DNA from: Octopus bimaculoides
Lineage: Eukaryota
Assembly: GCF_001194135.2 (NCBI RefSeq)
Contig: NC_069004.1
Coordinates: forward strand, 34,094,575-34,138,227
Direction of reading: 5' to 3'
DNA length: 43,653 nucleotides
Part shown: piece by piece, positions 24,056 to 35,659 of the stretch
Position numbering within the stretch: the first letter of the stretch is position 1
How the letters are laid out: each line of letters opens with the position of its first letter
The notes under the pieces: model-generated
Databases searched by the model: none
Told to the model about the DNA's origin: nothing
The model's input: the letters and a program-made list of their open reading frames with translations, nothing else
Made by a program: the position numbers and the translations under genes

Positions 24056-24264
24056 TTTTCCTGCTCTAGTCGCAAAGCCCGACATTTTTTAGGAGGGGGC
24101 CAGTCGATTAGATCGACTCCAGTACGCAACTGATACTTAATTTATCACCCCGAAAGGATAAAAGGAAAAGTCGACCTCGGCGGAATTTGAACTCAGAACG
24201 TAAAGACAGGCGAAATACCGTTAAGCATTTTGCCCGGCGTGCTAACAATTCTGCCAGCTTTGAA
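24056..24264 (-). mobile_element. Family A SINE with an exact 14-bp TSD
   Basis: TGGGAATAAGTATT at 24042-24055 and 24265-24278. Confidence 0.9.
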
Positions 24265-24458
24265 TGGGAATAAGTATTACCTCTCCAAATAAAATTATTT
24301 CTAATCGGCTGAAACTCACAAAAGTGACTGAAATATCGGGAGTTTCGTGCAGAACACTTATCGATCCAGAAGCTCTCTGGTCTTGAGTCACTTTCGTAAC
24401 TTTCTGTCAATCAAATGAAAAAAAAAAAGGAGTATGTATTCTCATGTATTTTTCCTGT

Positions 24459-24517
24459 TACTACTACTACTACTACTACTACTCACGTACGTATGTATCT
24501 ATCTGTGCGTGCATGCG

Positions 24518-24584
<67 letters not shown>

Positions 24585-24630
24585 CTGTTTTTCTCTCTCT
24601 CTCTGTCCGTCTGTCTGTCTGTCTATCCAT
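24459..24630. repeat. (CTA)n, (TCTA)~16 and (CT)/(TCTG) microsatellites
   Basis: Direct inspection. Confidence 0.9.
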
Positions 24631-25019
24631 TTACTCAGGAATTTAAAAACGTCTATAAGTTATTGGTCATTGGTACAGAAGAAATGGTACCTGAGAAATA
24701 TTGAGAAGAACGAATCACATTTAATTTTTCCCTCGAGTTGTAAGAAAGAACTTACAAGAATTTTATTGGTGAGGCTTCTCCAGAAGAATTTAAGTAATGT
24801 CGCGACTGCAATTAATGGTACAGGTGATTCTTGTCTAAACACCCTCCCCCCACACAGTTAATTTATTCATATACCTCTCTCCGATGACTTGTAATAAATT
24901 CTTGTAAAAATCCAATCGCTTCACAAATAACAAGGAAAGCTAAGCACTGGCATCGCGCCAAATCTCTAAAGAGATTTCTTCAGTCGTTCACGACAATGGT
25001 AAGAGCATAAAACAAAAAA

Positions 25020-25200
25020 GACAGTAGGGGATGTAGACAGCAAAGGTGGTGGTAGTGAGGTGGCAGTAGCGGTGGTAGTATGGTAGAGGTATTGGTAGTG
25101 GTGAGGTGGCAGTGGTAAAAATAGCAGTGGTAGTATAGTAGTAGTAGTGCTGCTGAAAGTAATAGCAGCAGCAGCAGCAATAGAAGTGGTGGTCGTGGTT
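25020..25200. repeat. Mosaic trinucleotide tract (GGT/GTA/GCA)
   Basis: Direct inspection. Confidence 0.8.
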
Positions 25201-25269
25201 GCTTTTGTTTAGCCCCAGGTCATCCCTCATCGAGGACAACGTCAATCTGCAACGAAATCACTATCCTAT

Positions 25270-25550
25270 CCATAGTGAGTTCGATTCCTGGCGGCGCGTT
25301 GTGTCCTTGTGCAATCCACTTTATTTCTTGTTGCTCCAGTTCACTTAGCTGGCAAATATGTGTCGTACCTGTAATTCAAAGGGGCCAACTTTGTCACATT
25401 CTGTGTCACTTTGAATCTCCCTGAGAATAACGTTAAGGGTACCTGTGTCTGAGGAATGGCCAGCTACATGAACGTTAATTTCACGAGCAGGATGTTCCGT
25501 TGATCGGATCAAGTGGAACCCTTGTTGTCGAAACTGACAGAATGTCAGTT
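25270..25550 (+). mobile_element. SINE with head 2, TGTCCTTG..GCAA motif and tail X
   Basis: GTGAGTTCGATTCC B-box, GTTGTGTCCTTGTGCAA..CACTTTATTTC..GTTGCTCCAGTTCACTTAGCTG, then the tail shared with 371-540. Confidence 0.75.
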
Positions 25551-25998
25551 AGTTAATCCAGTTAGTATACCTCCGGTTAAGAAAATATGTCGTGGTTTGA
25601 GAGGAATTTAGCTGACATTTCTAGATGTTTTGAGCTGCCATGTAGAAACCTACACATTGGATTTACGGGAATTTCTTCAGCTGGCATCAGTAGAATGGTA
25701 AATAGGAAAAAAGGAAGAAAGGGAGTCGAAGAACTAACGGAGGTGTCAGTAATACGTGTCTGCGGATTTGGTTCAAATTTTATTCGACCATTTGTCTTGG
25801 TAATAAAGCGAAGAAGAGACAAGAGGAAAATTTATAATTGTGCTGAAGTTCCTGCGGCGATTGACCAAAGACAGACATTGTGTCTGGCAGAAAATCTGTT
25901 ACTGGAACATGGAATATGAATATATATTAATCTGAAGCTCATAAGTCTCTCCCTCTCTCTCTTCCCCCATTCTCTCTTTCTTTTACCTTTCTGTATAC

Positions 25999-26055
<57 letters not shown>

Positions 26056-26149
26056 TATATCACGTGTTGTTGGTGCAATTTGAGACATGTAATCATACAA
26101 GAGACAAAGGAACTGACGCTTGCGTACATGCGCGTACACACGCACACAG

Positions 26150-26182
<33 letters not shown>

Positions 26183-26787
26183 CTTTCGCACATATGTATG
26201 TGCATGTTTATAGCAATGTATAATATGTGTGTAAATAGATATGTATATATAGATATATAGCCATGTGCGTGTGTGTGTATATGTGTGTGTTTTTGCGCCA
26301 CTCTGTGTGTTTGTGCGGATGTGCAGAGCTATTGAGGAATTTTGTTAATTCCTTCTGCCATTGTCAGTTGCAGATTATCAACTGATCTGTGAACAATGAT
26401 GATCAAATATTAATATTTCTTCTCATTGCTACATTATGTTTCGTCCCTGCTACAAATTAATGCCTCTAATTGAGAGGAATAGGGAGCGAGAGAGACAGGG
26501 GAAGAAGAGATTAATGCGAGAAAGGGGAGAGGGTAGATCTTGTCCATTCATAAGAGGAACCTGGCGGCCCTTTTCACAGTTCCATGTCAAACACAGTTGT
26601 AATTAATCAGCGTTTCACATTGTTTTTCTTTTGCTCCTTTTGTTACTCTTCCCTCGCACTTACACTCACATACGTGCACTCAAACTCCAACTCAGACATA
26701 TTCTGCAATAATTATATTCATTTTTCTAGAATACCATGGAATTTGGATCCATCATTCACGGAAGTTCTGCGACAAATCTATAACTAT

Positions 26788-26888
26788 AATAATAATGGTT
26801 TCAGATTTTGGCACAAGGTTAGCAATTTTCGAGGTGGGGTTTAGTCGATCGATCCCGAAGGAATCAACGATTCTGTCAGCCCGCTGCC

Positions 26889-26890
<2 letters not shown>
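26788..26890 (-). mobile_element. Family A SINE with a large internal deletion
   Basis: Tail TGGTTTCAGATTTTGGCACAAGG joined to head AACGATTCTGTCAGCCCGCTGCCTT; (AAT)n on both sides. Confidence 0.75.
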
Positions 26891-26918
<28 letters not shown>

Positions 26919-26922
<4 letters not shown>

Positions 26923-27255
26923 GAGCACTCAGAAAGCGTAAACCTCCGACAAGGTAACACCAACGTCCACTCAACGATTAACCGGAGATGATTTTTAAAA
27001 TGAGAATATCTGAAATAAACTCAACTGCTCTCACAAACGAGAATACTAAAAATGAACCCGACCGCTCTCAAAAAATTAAGTAAAAAAAGAAGAAAAATAA
27101 TCCAGAATCCTTGTCCGGTATCGGATCGATCCGAAAATCTAAGTAGTCCGTGCCAGTCACGAGGCCAAACATCCCTGGAAGTTTCATCCGAATCCATCCA
27201 GCGGTCCTTGTCCACGCACAAGCAAACACGACTGAAAACAATACCTCCGCCTTAG
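26919..27255 (-). mobile_element. Non-autonomous Helentron-associated (HINE/DINE-1-like) element
   Basis: ACCTCCG motif near both ends (26942-26948, 27243-27249). The minus strand ends GTCGGAGGT-TTACGCTTTCTGAGTGCTC-TT, i.e. subterminal repeat, degenerate stem-loop and T-rich target. No ORF. The classification rests on recalled architecture. Confidence 0.5.
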
Positions 27256-27273
27256 TGAACACATACTAATAAA

Positions 27274-27366
27274 TCCTCAGTGGAATTCGTACTCAGAACG
27301 TAGCGAAGGGCGAAATACCGCTAAACATTTTATCCAGCGTGCTAACGACTCTGCCGTTTCACCGCC

Positions 27367-27370
<4 letters not shown>
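27274..27370 (-). mobile_element. Family A SINE head fragment
   Basis: GGAATTCGTACTCAGAACGTAGCG..GCGAAATACCGCTAA..GTGCTAACGACTCTGCC..CGCC, then (ATA)n. Confidence 0.8.
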
Positions 27371-27401
<31 letters not shown>

Positions 27402-27474
27402 TGTTATATTTGTTGCTGGGATGCGCAAAAAACGGAAAATTTAATGGTGTGGGTTTGTTAAATATATCATCGTC

Positions 27475-27550
27475 CAACACATACCTGCTACTGTATCCCA
27501 TTGATCCCGAAGGAATGAAAGGTACACTCGACTTCTGAAGATCTGAACTG
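27475..27550 (-). mobile_element. Degenerate family A core fragment
   Basis: TTGATCCCGAAGGAATGAAAGGTACACTCGACTT. Confidence 0.55.
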
Positions 27551-27907
27551 GTGGAACAGTGAAACACACACACACACATGGAATTACTTACGTAAATATT
27601 GGGATAGTTACGGCAGCCGAGTCGACATGATGCCGATACGCTCTGGAGAATAGTCCTTCACCTGTTCCTCGCACTCCCCCCTACACGCCTGTTCCCCAGG
27701 ATATCCTGATTGTCTGGGATTGAGATACGATTAATGTATTAACCTTCTCCGTAACCGGAAGCAAGCGATATTTGAGTTAAATGATCTTTGGAAAGGTTAC
27801 TATTTCATGCAATCAGTGCATCAACGACAGGTGTAGCCAGGTTAATGAGTTAATGAGCTTTAAAACCGCGAGTTTGTCTTCATATTTATGCTTGTTTCTT
27901 CATTAGT

Positions 27908-28095
27908 GCAGGCAAGGTTGTATGGTAAGAAGTTTGTTTCCCAATCGCATGGTTCCGGTTTCAGTCCCACTGCGTGGCACCTTGTACAAGAGTCTTCTGC
28001 TATAAGCATGGGGTGATCAAAGCCTTGTGAGTGGATTTGGTAGATGGAAACTAGAAGAAACCCGACGTATATATATATATATATGTATGTATATA
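27908..28095 (+). mobile_element. Family C SINE 5' half
   Basis: GGTAAGAAGTTTG..CATGGTTCCGGTTTCAGTCCCACTGCGTGGCACCTTG..GTGAGTGGATTTGGTAGATGGAAACT, then (TA)n. Confidence 0.85.
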
Positions 28096-28265
28096 TCTTT
28101 TACTTATTTCAGGTATTAGACTGCGGCCATGCGGGGGCACATACTTGAAGAATTCTTAGTCGAACGAACCCCTGTATTTATATTTTTCAAAGTCCGGTAG
28201 GTATGCTATCGTTCTCTTTTGCTGAAGTGCTATGCTACGGGGACGTAAACACATCAACACCGGTT
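28096..28265 (-). mobile_element. Family C SINE 3' tail, antisense
   Basis: TCTTTTACTT..GACTGCGGCCATGC..CTATCG.TCTCTTTTGC.GAA..TACGGGGACGTAAACACA. Confidence 0.8.
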
Positions 28266-28799
28266 CCTCGGCCTTTCATTCATGGACATCTCTTGTCGTA
28301 GTACTGGACTCTCAACATCGTTCTCAGAGTCACCGGACTATACAAGCCATCAGAGACACACGTAATCATATGTGTGTGTGTGTGTGTGTGTGTGTGGTTG
28401 CGTGTGTGTATGTATAACTGTATATATATATATATACGTATATATAGATACATATACACACATACACTTATATATGTATATAATATATATAGCGACAGAG
28501 AGAGAGAGAGAGAGAGAAAGAAGGGTGAGGTGGAGAGATAGTTAGCTTAGAGAGACATATCTATGTATATACACGCACATACATAACCGTACATATACAC
28601 AAACATATACATGTATAATATGAAAACAGAGATATGATAATTTCGCAGACATATCGATAGAATAATCTTTGCGCACCAGCTTTAGAAGAACAGTCCAAGA
28701 AAGAAGAAATATTCATGGAACCGAAAATATACATTGATGCAAGACCAAACACATAAAGGCCCGCTGTTCCACCTCCCCACACACACTTGTGTGTGTGCG

Positions 28800-28844
<45 letters not shown>

Positions 28845-29109
28845 GTATGTATATTTGTGTCTCCTTATCTCTCTACGTCATTTCTTCACCGCATTCACTA
28901 AACCTTTTATGGAAACCATTAATATCCCAATCTAAACAATGAATCTACGAAAATTCAGCATCGTCTTCACCTTCCTCCTCTCCTCTCACTGTTTAATGCA
29001 ATCTTTCACCCTCCTTCTCTCCCTTACCCCCTCTCTTCCTTGCCTTGTTTTTCTCCCTCTTTAACTTTTTCCTCTGTCATGTGATCATATCGCTCGTCCA
29101 AGACGAGAG

Positions 29110-29290
29110 GACGGCTGCTCAGCAGAAATGTTAGAGAGAGCGCCGGATAAAATGCCTTGTGATATTTCTTTCGGTTGTTTACGATCTGAGTTCAAATCCC
29201 ACCATGATCAGCAGTGACTTTCTTCCCTTTCAGGGTCGATAACATAAAGTACCAGTCGATTTCTGCGGTCGATATAATCAACAACCAATT
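29110..29290 (+). mobile_element. Degenerate family A SINE
   Basis: GCAGAAATGTTAG..CTGAGTTCAAATCCC..GGGTCGATAA..AAGTACCAGT..GGTCGATATAATC. Confidence 0.7.
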
Positions 29291-29299
29291 GTTTTTCAA

Positions 29300-29446
29300 C
29301 TTTCTGATAAGATATTTGCTTCCCAACCACATGTTTCTAGGTTCAGTCCCACCGCATGACAACTTGGCCAAGTAACATTCAGGATAATGTCGGGCCAATC
29401 AAAGACTTGTGAGTGGATTTGATAAGTAGAAACTGAAAGAAGCCCA

Positions 29447-29515
<69 letters not shown>

Positions 29516-29612
29516 TATGTTTAACGCGATGTTATACATCGCTGGTCACCATGCGCTTTGCATCGTTTTAGCTTTTGACTATTGTCACTCCGCTCGTTAG
29601 GTGAACAGGCCG

Positions 29613-29655
<43 letters not shown>

Positions 29656-29800
29656 TGTGTGTGCGCGCACGCGTTTATCTTTGTTCCCCGATATGATTTG
29701 ACAACCGGTGTTGGTGGGTTTATGTCTTTCTAACATAGCAATTCGGCCAAAAAGAACGATAGAATAATCACTGGGCTTAAAAAAATAGTGACTGAAATAA
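29300..29800 (+). mobile_element. Family C SINE with an expanded or interrupted internal microsatellite
   Basis: Head CCCAACCACATG..GGTTCAGTCCCAC, (TA)n, a ~90-bp insert, (CA)/(TG), then tail TTGACAACCGGTGTTGGT..GATAGAATAA..GTGACTGAAA. Confidence 0.7.
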
Positions 29801-29934
29801 AACAAACAAGAAACGAAATCAAGGCTGTACCTATGTTAGAAACACTTGTTCTTCGGGAAAGGCATGAACATGCCATACTCTCGTATTTGAATTTCGCCTA
29901 AAATAAGACAATGCTTCGACTATGTTGCGGAATG

Positions 29935-30400
29935 CAGGAATGTGTGTGTGTGTGTGTGTGAGTGGGTGTGAGTGTATGGCAGTGTGTGTGTGTGTGTGTG
30001 TGTGTGAGAGTGTGTGTGAGAGTGTGTGTGAGAGTGTATGTGTGTGTGTTATCAGGGAATGGTTTAATGGATCCATCAAAGTCGCTGGTCAATGCGATGT
30101 AATTACTTTTGCTTGAAGAGGACAACACACATCTTGTCTCTGCTGTGTGTGTGTGTAGGTGCGTGTATGAGTCTACGTATGTGTGTGTGTGGGTGTGTGA
30201 GTCCTCTTGTCTCTGTGCTGTGTGTGTGCGTGTTTGTGAATATAGGTTTGTGAATATTTGCGTGTGTATTGGTTTGTATGTCTGTCTGTCTCTGTCTATC
30301 TGTCTGTCCGAGTATATAACCCTGTGTGTATACGTACATGAATACACGTATGAATGTATTAGTCAATGTGTGTGCGAGTACAAGTGTGTGCACGTGGTGA

Positions 30401-30433
<33 letters not shown>

Positions 30434-30541
30434 GAGATAGCAACTGTGATGTGAATATTTCATCGTCCAAACGAAAAAGAACGTTAAATATATGAATAAT
30501 AAATCTAAGGTGAGACAGTCATTCCTTCTTTCTCTCTCTCA

Positions 30542-30579
<38 letters not shown>

Positions 30580-30890
30580 AATTCTGTGGTTTTGTTTCTC
30601 TCTGTCTCCCACTGTCTCTCTTTCTCTGCCTATATTTCTCTGTACGAAACTGTAGAGAAAAGAGGGCGAAAAACAAGAGTGAGAAAGGTAGATTTTTAAA
30701 TCTAAGCGAACGAAAGAGAAACGCGTGTGTGTATATACACGTATATATGTTATATAACACACATACACACACATATATAGAGAGAAGGGACAGATTAGTG
30801 AATATCTATCTACATACATATATATACATACACAAACATACATAAATACACAAACGTACAGATATATAGATAGATAGATAGATAAAGAGG
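29935..30890. repeat. Degenerate (TG)n, (CT)n and (TA)n tracts
   Basis: Direct inspection. Confidence 0.85.
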
Positions 30891-31186
30891 TACAAGAACC
30901 GTGTTTTTAAACGTATGCCTGGCATTTGTGCTTAAATTTGACGAAGGTTATCTGACAGAATTACCGCCTGCTTAAGTCCTCTTCCTTTCGAGGTATTCTA
31001 CTTTCGTAGCAGGAACAAACCAGGCAGAGATAAGATAAAAGCACAAAAAAAAGAAAGGAAAAAGAAAAGGAATAGATCGATACATTCATTAGATCGCCAC
31101 TTATATATAAACATAGTGAGTGAGTGAGAGACAGTGACATGTTAAGAGAGATGCAGAAAGTGAGAGGAGGATTGTGGAGAAAAAGA

Positions 31187-31238
<52 letters not shown>

Positions 31239-31397
31239 TGGATGAGTTTAAATTCTGCCTCACAGATAAAAATATTTTCATTATCGTGGGAATGCGAAAA
31301 CCTGCCAATTTACCAAACTGTTTGAATGATTTCCTTCTTCAAAGGATTCGGAGAATCAGATCGAAATCAAATAATGACGGAACACAATAGATAATGC

Positions 31398-31447
<50 letters not shown>

Positions 31448-31838
31448 GTATTTGTATGTGTATGTATTTGTGTGTGTTTGTATGTGTACTAAAGGACTAG
31501 GAAAGGTCACGCTACGAACGTTAAGGGGTTGCAGACTAAATGCCTTTAAGTATTATAAATAGTTCTGCGTATGAAGATAGATGCAAAGGTGAGGGGTTCT
31601 AATTCAATAAGGGTGGAGGGCACCAGAAAACAACCACGCGGTCACCGGTTTTATATATAATGAGAGGAAATGTGTGGTGAGTGAAGTGGTCAAGACTGTG
31701 AAATCTCAGTTAAATATCAATACATTGCAAAGAGTTTTGGGAAAAACTGGAATCGCAGATCACCACGTCGAGTAGCAGCAACAGTTGGTCATGGAAGACG
31801 GATCATATGGATTGGGGGACACACACACATTCTTTTAT

Positions 31839-32190
31839 TAAGGCGGCGAGCTGGCAGAAACGTTAGCACGCCGGGCGAAATGCTTAGCGGTATTTCGTCT
31901 GCCGCTACGTTCTGAGTTCAAATTCCGCCGAGGTCGACTTTGCCTTTCATCCTCTCGGGGTCGATTAAATAAGTACCAGTTACGCACTGGGGTCGGTATA
32001 ATCGACTTANNNNNNNNNNCGCTACGTTCTGAGTTCAAATTCCGCCGAGGTCGACTTTGCCTTTCATCCTCTCGGGGTCGATTAAATAAGTACCAGTTAC
32101 GCACTGGGGTCGGTATAATCGACTTAATCCGTTTGTCTGTCCTTGTTTGTCCCCTCTGTGTATAGCCCCTTGTGGGTAGTAAAGAAATAA
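31839..32190 (+). mobile_element. Young family A SINE with an alternative tail; 107 bp duplicated across a 10-N gap
   Basis: Clean AAGGCGGCGAGCTGGCAGAAACGTTAGCACG head. 31903-32009 is identical to 32020-32126. Tail ATCCGTTTGTCTGTCCTTGTTTGTCCCCTCTGTG..GTAAAGAAATA. Confidence 0.9.
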
Positions 32191-32224
32191 CACATTCTTT
32201 TATTACTTTATTATTATTTTTTTT

Positions 32225-32390
32225 ACTATTCTTTTGTTGTTTTACTTGTTTTAATCATTTGGCTGCGGCCATACTGGAGCATCGCCTTAAAGTGTTTTTG
32301 GTTGAAGAAATCGATCCCCTGGACTTAATCTTTGGAAACCTAGTACCTATTCTATCGGCGTCTTTCGCCTAACTGCTATGTTACGGGAAA
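32225..32390 (-). mobile_element. Family C SINE 3' tail
   Basis: TTTTACTTGTTT.A.TCATTTG.CTGCGGCCAT.CTGGAGCA.CGCCTT..CTAGTACCTATTCTATCGG. Confidence 0.8.
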
Positions 32391-32409
32391 ACCAGAAAGG
32401 AGAAAACTG

Positions 32410-32715
32410 ATTCGAAGACTACAGATCCAATCCATCACTGGAACTGTAAATATCTGTAAAACTTTCCGGAAGTTTATCATTTAAAATATATATGAGCATG
32501 TCTAGACATGCAACTCTGTGCATGAGAATACATACAAAATACAAAACAAAACATGTAAATCTGCATACAAACATACATACATAAATATACACAAAAATAC
32601 CCTGTTGATGTTGTTGAAATTCCAATGAAGGAACCTTGGATCTAGATTAGAAACCGGCTCTTTCTCCATTGACAAGATATCTTGAAATAAAACTTAATAA
32701 TGGCATACATACATA
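32410..32715. repeat. Unclassified dispersed repeat; inverted homolog of 9520-9720
   Basis: See the 9520-9720 entry. Confidence 0.6.
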
Positions 32716-32753
32716 CACAGACACGTATACGATATATAAATATATCAATATAA

Positions 32754-32789
<36 letters not shown>

Positions 32790-32893
32790 ACACATACACA
32801 CACATACACACATACATATACAATAGAAAAATTAACGAGATATGTGGACAGTTAGTTACATATACATAGGTAGATATAGAGAAAGATAAAGAC

Positions 32894-32928
<35 letters not shown>

Positions 32929-33433
32929 CGAAGATAGAAGATTAGATTAAGACTGATAGGCGGAGCGGATGAAGGGGGTAAAGCAAGAAAGGGGGTCTGT
33001 ATGATATATTAGATAATAAGAAAAATATATACATTTACAGCAGGACATAGAGAAAGGAAGAGGAAAACGTTGTTAGTTCTGGTGGTAGTGCTGATTTTAA
33101 TGGCGGAACCAATAGAGACATCGGCTTTAAAAGCCATCAATTTTACCGCCATTACTTTTTTCAGTCTTTTTTACTTGCTGTACTTTTTTTCTCTTTTCTT
33201 CTTTTTGTTTTTTACTTTTCCCTTTTCTATATCTGTTTCCTTATCAGATGGTACATTGAATCATTTTACAAGAGATGTTTTTCCTCACCTCCAGCCCTCC
33301 CCGCCACTCACCGCCCTCTTTTCACGTAATTTCGCTTCTCGCCAGAAAATAAACTGTTATAACAGACAACAAGAGCAGAGAATTAGTCTTTAAATGGTTC
33401 TAATCCACCATTTTTTCCGTTTTATTGTATTTC

Positions 33434-33473
<40 letters not shown>

Positions 33474-33482
33474 CTTGCTTTT

Positions 33483-33644
33483 TTACATCGACCCCAGTGC
33501 GTAACTGGTACTTGTTTAATCCACCCCGAAAGGATGAAAGGCAAAGTCGACCTCTGCGGAATTTGAACACAGAACGTAGCGACGGGCGAAATACCGCTAA
33601 GCATTTCGTCCGGCGTGCTAACGATTCTGCCAGCTCACTGCCTT
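33483..33644 (-). mobile_element. Family A SINE lacking its tail
   Basis: CATCGACCCCAGTGCGTAACTGGTAC..AAAGTCGACCTC..GCTAACGATTCTGCCAGCTCACTGCCTT. Confidence 0.9.
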
Positions 33645-33704
33645 AATAGTAGTAGTATGAATAGTAGTGGTAGTAATGTCGCTTGTAGTGTTACTGCTGT
33701 TGTG

Positions 33705-34530
33705 GGCGGCGAGCTGGTAGAATCGTTAACATGCCAGATAAACGGTGAACGGCATTTGGGTCCGTTTTTTATGTTCAGAGCCCAATTTCCACCGTGGTGG
33801 ACTTTGCCATTCAGAAGACCTTTCATTCTTTTGCGGTCCATAGAGTAAGTACCAGATGTGTACCAGGGTTGATGTAATCGATCAATCCTTGGCCTTAGGC
33901 CAATATATGAATGAAACGCTGAGGTCAGCTTTGCCTTTCACCCTTTCGGGGTTGGTAAAATAAGTACCAGTGATATACTGCGGTCGATGCAGTCCACTTG
34001 GCTCTCTGTTCTCCGAAAATCTATTGGCCCGAGGCTAAAAATTGAAATATCTTACAGGTGAAAAGCTGGCAGAATCTTTAGCGTACCTGGTAAAATGCTT
34101 AGAGGCGTCTCTCCGGTCTTTGCGTCCTGAGTTCAAATTCCGCCGAGGTTGACTTTGCCTTTCATTCTCTCAGGATCGATAAATTAAGTACCAGTGAAAC
34201 ACTGGGGTCGATTTAATCGAGTAACCTTACCCGCAACAAGATGTCAGTGCTTGTACCTATAGCAGAAAGGATTATCATAATCATTGCTGTTGTTGTTGTT
34301 GTTGTTGTTGTTGTTATTATTACCGTCGGACGAAATGCTTAGCGGTATTTTTTCCATCTTCATGTTCTGGGTTCAAATTTCTCTGTATTCGACTTTGCCT
34401 TTCATCCTTTGGGGTGGGGGGTGGGGGCGGGGGCGATGAAATAAGTACCAGTGATACACTGGAGTGGATTACATCGACTATCTATCTCCCCTAAATTTCA
34501 GGCCTATAGTAGAAAGGATTATTATTATTA
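33705..34530 (+). mobile_element. Array of four sense family A SINE copies or fragments (33705-33905, 33918-34050, 34056-34280, 34324-34530)
   Basis: Repeated GAGGT.GACTTTGCCTTTCA..AAGTACCAGTG..ACTGG.GT units at different divergence levels, separated by triplet tails. Confidence 0.85.
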
Positions 34531-35659
34531 TAAGTAGATGTTGAAGTAATAGTATTTGTAGTAGTGGTGGTGGTGGTGGTAGAAGGAGGAAGAGAAGAAA
34601 AGGAAAGAGGAGGAGGAAAAACCGAAGAGGAAGATTCTCCATCATCATTGTCGCTGTCGTCAGCATCATCGACTTTGCCGTATTCACTTGCGTTCCTTTA
34701 CATTCTCAGATCAAATTCCACCGTCGTCCAATGTTCACTTTTTTCCTGTTGGTTTGTTCAAAATAAGAATCAGACAAGTCCTAATATCGATGCAATCGAT
34801 TTTCCCCTTCCCCACCTATCCACATACATCTGGCCTTGTGCCTATTTTAGACATTTTAATTATGATTGTTTTTCGTTGTCGTCGTCGTCATCATCATCAT
34901 CATCATTGCTATTTATAGCTGACGACATTCTAATATGGAAAAATGAAGTGTATCTCAAGAAATTCCTATTAACTTTGGATATTATTTCAAGCAGGGACTT
35001 CAAACAGCGAGCGTCCGTAATTTTTTTTTCTTTTTAGATATTTCCATTTTATTAAAACGTGCAATTCCAGGTATAAACTGTTTTCGTATTACATGAAAAA
35101 CGTGTCCTAAAGAAATTACAGTAAAAAAAAAAAAATAATAAACGCTTACAAAAAATGTAAGGAAAATATTAATATCCTTATAAAGAAACAAATTTTAAAA
35201 CATGAAATAAAATATTTCATCAAAAAATCATGACATAATAGGAAAGATGCTTAACGAAAGTAATATCAACTACAATAAGAACAACAACAACATGAACTTC
35301 AACTGCAACATCAAGTAGAATAATACACGTGCTCACTGTGAAACGTTTTGCTGAAAGACTTAAAGCGCGCTAACACTTTGTCCACAAGACGCGCGCCAGC
35401 GTGCCACACCTTGCAAAGTTTACCGCAAGCAAAATGGTGTAACGTACGTGTGTTCTGCACAGGACGAGATTGTTCTTATTCTAACTCACATAAAACTGGA
35501 GATAGCTCTGGCTAACACATAAAGCAAACACTTCTTCATTGGGACAGGGACGGCGTAGGGCATCCTATGCGGCATTTTAAACAGAGAACGCTACTAAAGG
35601 GCAAAGAGAAATTGTACGAGATACACCTGGTCATAAGTTGCTTCCACAATATTAAAGAA

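Noticed and set aside
13736-25240. Shared CCAGGTCATCC fragment just upstream of two SINEs (~13748 and ~25215)
   Set aside because: The match is too short; it is probably the tip of another repeat that I cannot define from two fragments.
33483-34530. CRISPR-like repeat-spacer periodicity
   Set aside because: The repeats are ~200-bp diverged SINEs with irregular spacing in a eukaryotic genome, and there are no cas genes.
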